DNA of 45,156 bases, counting the filler, from Catajapyx aquilonaris (taxonomy: Eukaryota): the NCBI GenBank assembly GCA_000934665.2. It is 2 parts of 2 records of this genome, joined end to end, with 100 filler letters (N's around TTAATTAATTAA, not from the genome) between each part and the next. Parts side by side here need not be neighbours in the genome. Positions count along the whole stretch, not along the records: positions 22,609 to 45,156 come from JYFJ02005853.1; 1 more part is not named here. One strand, given 5' to 3'. A program made the position numbers and the translations under genes. Below are positions 37,887-45,156 of the stretch, piece after piece. The number at the start of each line of letters is the position of its first letter. Position 1 is the stretch's first letter. The notes under the pieces were generated by a model. It was given only the letters and a program-made list of their open reading frames with translations. It was not told the DNA's origin and did no database searches.

Positions 37887-38306
37887 CAGGGTGATTCCGT
37901 TAACTTTGGCAAAAATCACAGGGTGGGTAGAGGCCCCATGGGCAAGTATTTTGAGCTTCGGTGTGTCCGGAAATGCCCCCCGTATGGAGATGCAGCCGTT
38001 TCCACCTTTTTGGTGTGTTGTGCCTGGTGGGTAGGCAACCCACCGTACTCGAAACTTTCGTTCATCAGGTGTGTCACGTGTGGAGGAGACGAAGGTGAAA
38101 ACAATTGCGAGTGTCAAGTGCAAAACCTAATGAACGCGACCTTCGAGTACTATGGGTTGCCTACCCACCAGGCACAACATACTGAAGGTGGAAGCTGCTG
38201 CACCCCGGTATGGGAGCATTTCCAGACATGGGTACTGTAGCTCAAAATGCTTGCCAATAGGGCCTCTCACCCTGTGATTTTTGCCTAAGTTACTGGAATC
38301 ACCCTG
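37887..38306. mobile_element. Fold-back Tc1/mariner-type MITE in the UAP56 5'UTR intron
   Basis: TA|CAGGGTGATTCC ... GGAATCACCCTG|TA. Arms stay complementary far inward (GCAAAAATCACAGGGTG / CACCCTGTGATTTTTGC; TGTTGTGCCTGGTGGGTAGGCAACCCA / TGGGTTGCCTACCCACCAGGCACAACA). Confidence 0.9.
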
Positions 38307-38551
38307 TATAATCTAGTATTCTAGTTCATGATCTGTTAGATGGTTATGGGACTGATTTTCAGAAGACAGCATTCAGATAACAATCTGATATGTTCTTAAT
38401 GATGCTGCTGCTGCATTTGTTTCATACCCATATTTCTGAAAGTTACAAGTCAACTAATTATATTCCTGCCCGCCACCTTGATGGCTGTCACCAAGGAGAA
38501 AAATCATTCCAAGTGAATTTAGTTTCAAGAAATATAAGCTTTGGCCCACTG

Positions 38552-38625
38552 AGTGAGCAAAATGATGAAACTTGATAGGGACGTATGATTTCTGTGATCA
38601 TATCTATCATGCTGATGGGCTCACT
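38552..38625 (+). ncRNA. Box C/D snoRNA, SNORD74/snR64-like (copy A)
   Basis: Terminal stem AGTGAGC/GCTCACT; C box ATGATGA 38562; D' ATGA 38585; C' GTGATCA 38594; D CTGA 38612-38615, 84 nt upstream of the 3' splice site. Guide GATAGGGACG pairs with conserved 28S UGUCCCUAUC. Confidence 0.8.
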
Positions 38626-38736
38626 TCGAATTGGCTGTCTCTCTTACATTGCCGTTATTGTGGTCATGTTGTTCACAATGGTTTTCCTTAATTCTGCAGA
38701 TAATTCAGCTGATTGTAGAGAAGGCAGAAGCACAAA

Positions 38737-42365
<3,629 letters not shown>

Positions 42366-42570
42366 GATGCAAGCACCTCCCGAAACAGCAAGAAAAAGCA
42401 AGAGGTGCTGAAGATTGTGAGTTCGAGTTTGATGACATGGCGTATCGGCCTTGTCCGCCTGACTTAATTTTAGGACCACTCCATTGTTTCTTTCGACATA
42501 TGTCCAGTATTGTCAATGCGTGATTTGATTAAAAGTGTTAGTGTAGGTTTATATGTGCATTTTATTGTCA

Positions 42571-43844
42571 TCATGATCTAGAGAAGGTGAATCCCAGTAA
42601 CAAATGTTTCTTGAGTTCCTCCACATTGACAGTGTGTATGATGGTGACATTGTCAGGTTGGCCCAGGTGCTTTCTGTGGTCCACGAGCATGGTTCCTCGA
42701 GTCATCGTACCATGAAGCTCAACTGTGGCATGTTCACTCGAGCTGGAGGTAACCAATTTAGGGTTGAGGAGTATGGCCATTGCTGTCTGATCAAATGGTG
42801 TCCAGTATGGATAGTGCTCTTTGTTCATGATTACTCCTTCAATCTGGTTCATCAGGTTAGCTTGAGGTGTCTGGATTGATCCTAGGACATCTTTGCGCCA
42901 TGACTGGAAAGTACGACATGTTAATTATATGCGCCTCAAGAGGTGTTTGGATATGCTGGCATTTCACATCTGTTGTACAATAATAATGGACGAGCTACAA
43001 CTAAGCAGGTCATTAAGTTCTTGTATGTAAAGGGTCTTACATATGGAAGCTGCAACTCGCTAAGACATAGTTCCAGTGATACTAGGGTTGTTGGGCATTT
43101 GATGTTGTTCAGTACAATGTAGGCTGCATCAGGGTCACACCAAAAATTGAATTCACGAGCCAACTCGATGTTGCCACGAGCTGTAAGCAGTAACGCAGGG
43201 CATGTTTTCAGTCTAGAAATGCCCACCATGGTGGAACTTGCCTGCAACATTTCCTCCCATGATGTAAACCTCCTTCAGTTTAGAAGTGAAACTCGGGTCA
43301 AGTCGCATTGCTAGTGCCATGTTTGTTAGTGGACCCAGTAAAATGAGTGAGACGTTGCCATTATTTTCATTGGAAATTTTGAGCAATGCATTAGCAGCAT
43401 GTTCTGCCTGCAGCAGGGACTTGTCCATTTGAGGTTCAGGCCACTGCACATCTCCAAAGCCATCTTCACCATGGTATGGTGGACTAGATCGTATGGCAGG
43501 AAGCACCAAGGGCGATGCAGCCCCACGAAACACTGGTATCTGCAATGAATTAATGAGGGTTATGTAACCTCACCTTGGCTATTTCCTAGTGCAAACCAGA
43601 TAGGTCAAGTATTTAAACTGGATCAACATAAGAAAATTGGCATTACGTCTAATCTTCCAACAGTGTGAAGGATGCGAAGCACATTGTTGCACACGTTCTC
43701 CACATCAGTGTTTCCGTTGACGCAGGTGATGCCCATGATTTTGATATCTCCCTCCTTGTCTGCCTCCAGAGCCATTAGGATGGCATGGGCATCATCTGTC
43801 CCAGCGTCAGTGTCTATTATGATGCGTTTTGCAGACATTTTCAT
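42571..43844 (-). CDS. Inosine-uridine-preferring nucleoside hydrolase family protein (about 322 aa)
   Basis: Exons 43844-43647, 43539-43242, 43180-43041 and 42903-42571 splice in frame (second intron GC-AG). Motifs: IIIDTDAGTDDA (DxDxxxDD Ca2+ site), VNGN, HGEDGFG, LGPLTN, MGG, GN...EFNFWCDPDAA, TRGTMLVD. Start codon at 43844 or 43838. Confidence 0.93.
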
Positions 43845-45156
43845 ACCAGTGGGATTGTGGTGCTCTTTGGAGAAGGCTGCTACCACTGGCTCCTACGAAG
43901 TGCGTCTTCATGCCATCTGCATGAGATGAGCTGAAAGTAACTTAGCATGTTTTGCTGCATCCCCAGGCTGGCATAATAGTTATGGACTTTCAGATGATAG
44001 CCATCACTACGTAACCTAACTCTTTCACAGGCCTACTCTTGCTGACACTCTTTCTTCTACACTCAATCTTCACAGCGATGTAAGCAGCATTTGATTAGCA
44101 GTCAGCTAAGCATTATCTGGTGCGAAAATGCCTATTTTCCTTTCTGGAGTCATTTTTATCAGCATATTTATTGGGACGAGGTGGTATACACATAAGATAG
44201 TAAATCTGTGTAAATAGTCCCCATTATGAGGAACTGAGTAAGCAAATGAGGATTGTGCTAATCAGCTGATGTAGCAAAAACAAAAAGGCACAATCGTCAC
44301 CCCCATGGTCACCCCTATATCTTTGACCTCAGCTGACTGTTGCATGAGACAGTAAAGATACCAGAAAAACCTGAAAATGAGTATAAGAGGGAACATGAAA
44401 CACCTAACTGAGCAACTGTTGGTCATGGAAAAATGATAGGGGAGAGGAATAAAACTGAAGGCATCAGATACAAACAATCCTGAAAGAATCTGCCTAAGGT
44501 GGCCACTGTGTTTGTACTTCATATTTAATGTGAGTAATATTCAGTCCAAGCATGTAGTACATGCTTTTCAGTCTTATTTATTGCATCTATAACAGTCAGG
44601 TACAGTATATGCATTCACCTGTACAAAATATTGCATGAAAATGATTCCAGAGTGTACAATCTAATACATATTTCTAGACGTATGTCTGTCTCTCCTGTTA
44701 TTCGCTATGCAAATCCGTACGGAGGCCCCGACATATGCCCCAGGGGTTTCACCAAGAGCTAATAACTGAGAGCATGTGACAAGTCCTCTGCCGTGACGGA
44801 ACCTCTGATGGACCAGGGAAGTGTTGAGATTAGTTTCCCTCTGGCGCGACTAGGCCGAACCAAGAAGGGAACCTTTGTCCCTCCCAGAGGCGTGGCTTCT
44901 TCAGGGGGTCAACTCTTTCTGTTCCTCATTTATCACCTTGGGTTGGGGTGGGTGCGAAGAAAGGCCCCAGGGCTCTTGGACTTTGACCCCCCCTGCCCAG
45001 AATGGTAGGCCCACGGAGTCACCAGGCATGTCAAAAGTAGATCTAGCATGATAACTTCAACAACTTTTCTTAATATACACATGGGTTTCCGTGGGCCTGT
45101 TTGTGACATGCCTGGTACGAATCGAGTATGAAAAGATAGGTTTTCGACACCTTAGA

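Noticed and set aside
38328..38388. Fifth C/D snoRNA candidate (ATGATCT...GGTTATGGGA-CTGA...CTGA)
   Set aside because: Poor C box, no terminal stem, not at canonical distance from a confident acceptor, and no convincing target.
44700..45156. GC-richer segment resembling a retroelement UTR
   Set aside because: No diagnostic motif or boundaries within the window.

Overview
Eukaryotic genomic DNA, most likely from an arthropod (insect-like). An artificial 100-nt gap linker (44 N + TTAATTAATTAA + 44 N, 22509-22608) splits it into two very different halves. The left half (1-22508) has inflated homopolymers and no intact ORFs, and looks like low-accuracy sequence. Only degenerate transposon remnants are recognisable there: Ty3/Gypsy gag-pol, a piggyBac transposase, a non-LTR element and a THAP domain. 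The right half is clean and holds four densely packed spliced genes: (1) the 3' part of DNMT1 (+, 13 exons, BAH1 to catalytic end); (2) a two-exon BBLN/UPF0184 gene (-), only partly seen by the ORF track; (3) a complete UAP56/DDX39 (Hel25E) DECD helicase (+, 8 coding exons, 425 aa); (4) an IU-family nucleoside hydrolase (-, 4 exons, one GC-AG intron). The best hidden signal is four box C/D snoRNAs, each 74-84 nt upstream of a 3' splice site in UAP56 introns. Two are SNORD74/snR64-like, one is SNORD26-like, and one is SNORD81-like with a second guide that may target the 28S GTPase centre. The introns also carry several MITEs, including one resembling mammalian Tigger4/MER46 with another MITE nested inside. 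I found no evidence for a new enzymatic or defence system. Comparisons with reference sequences are from memory and need database confirmation.
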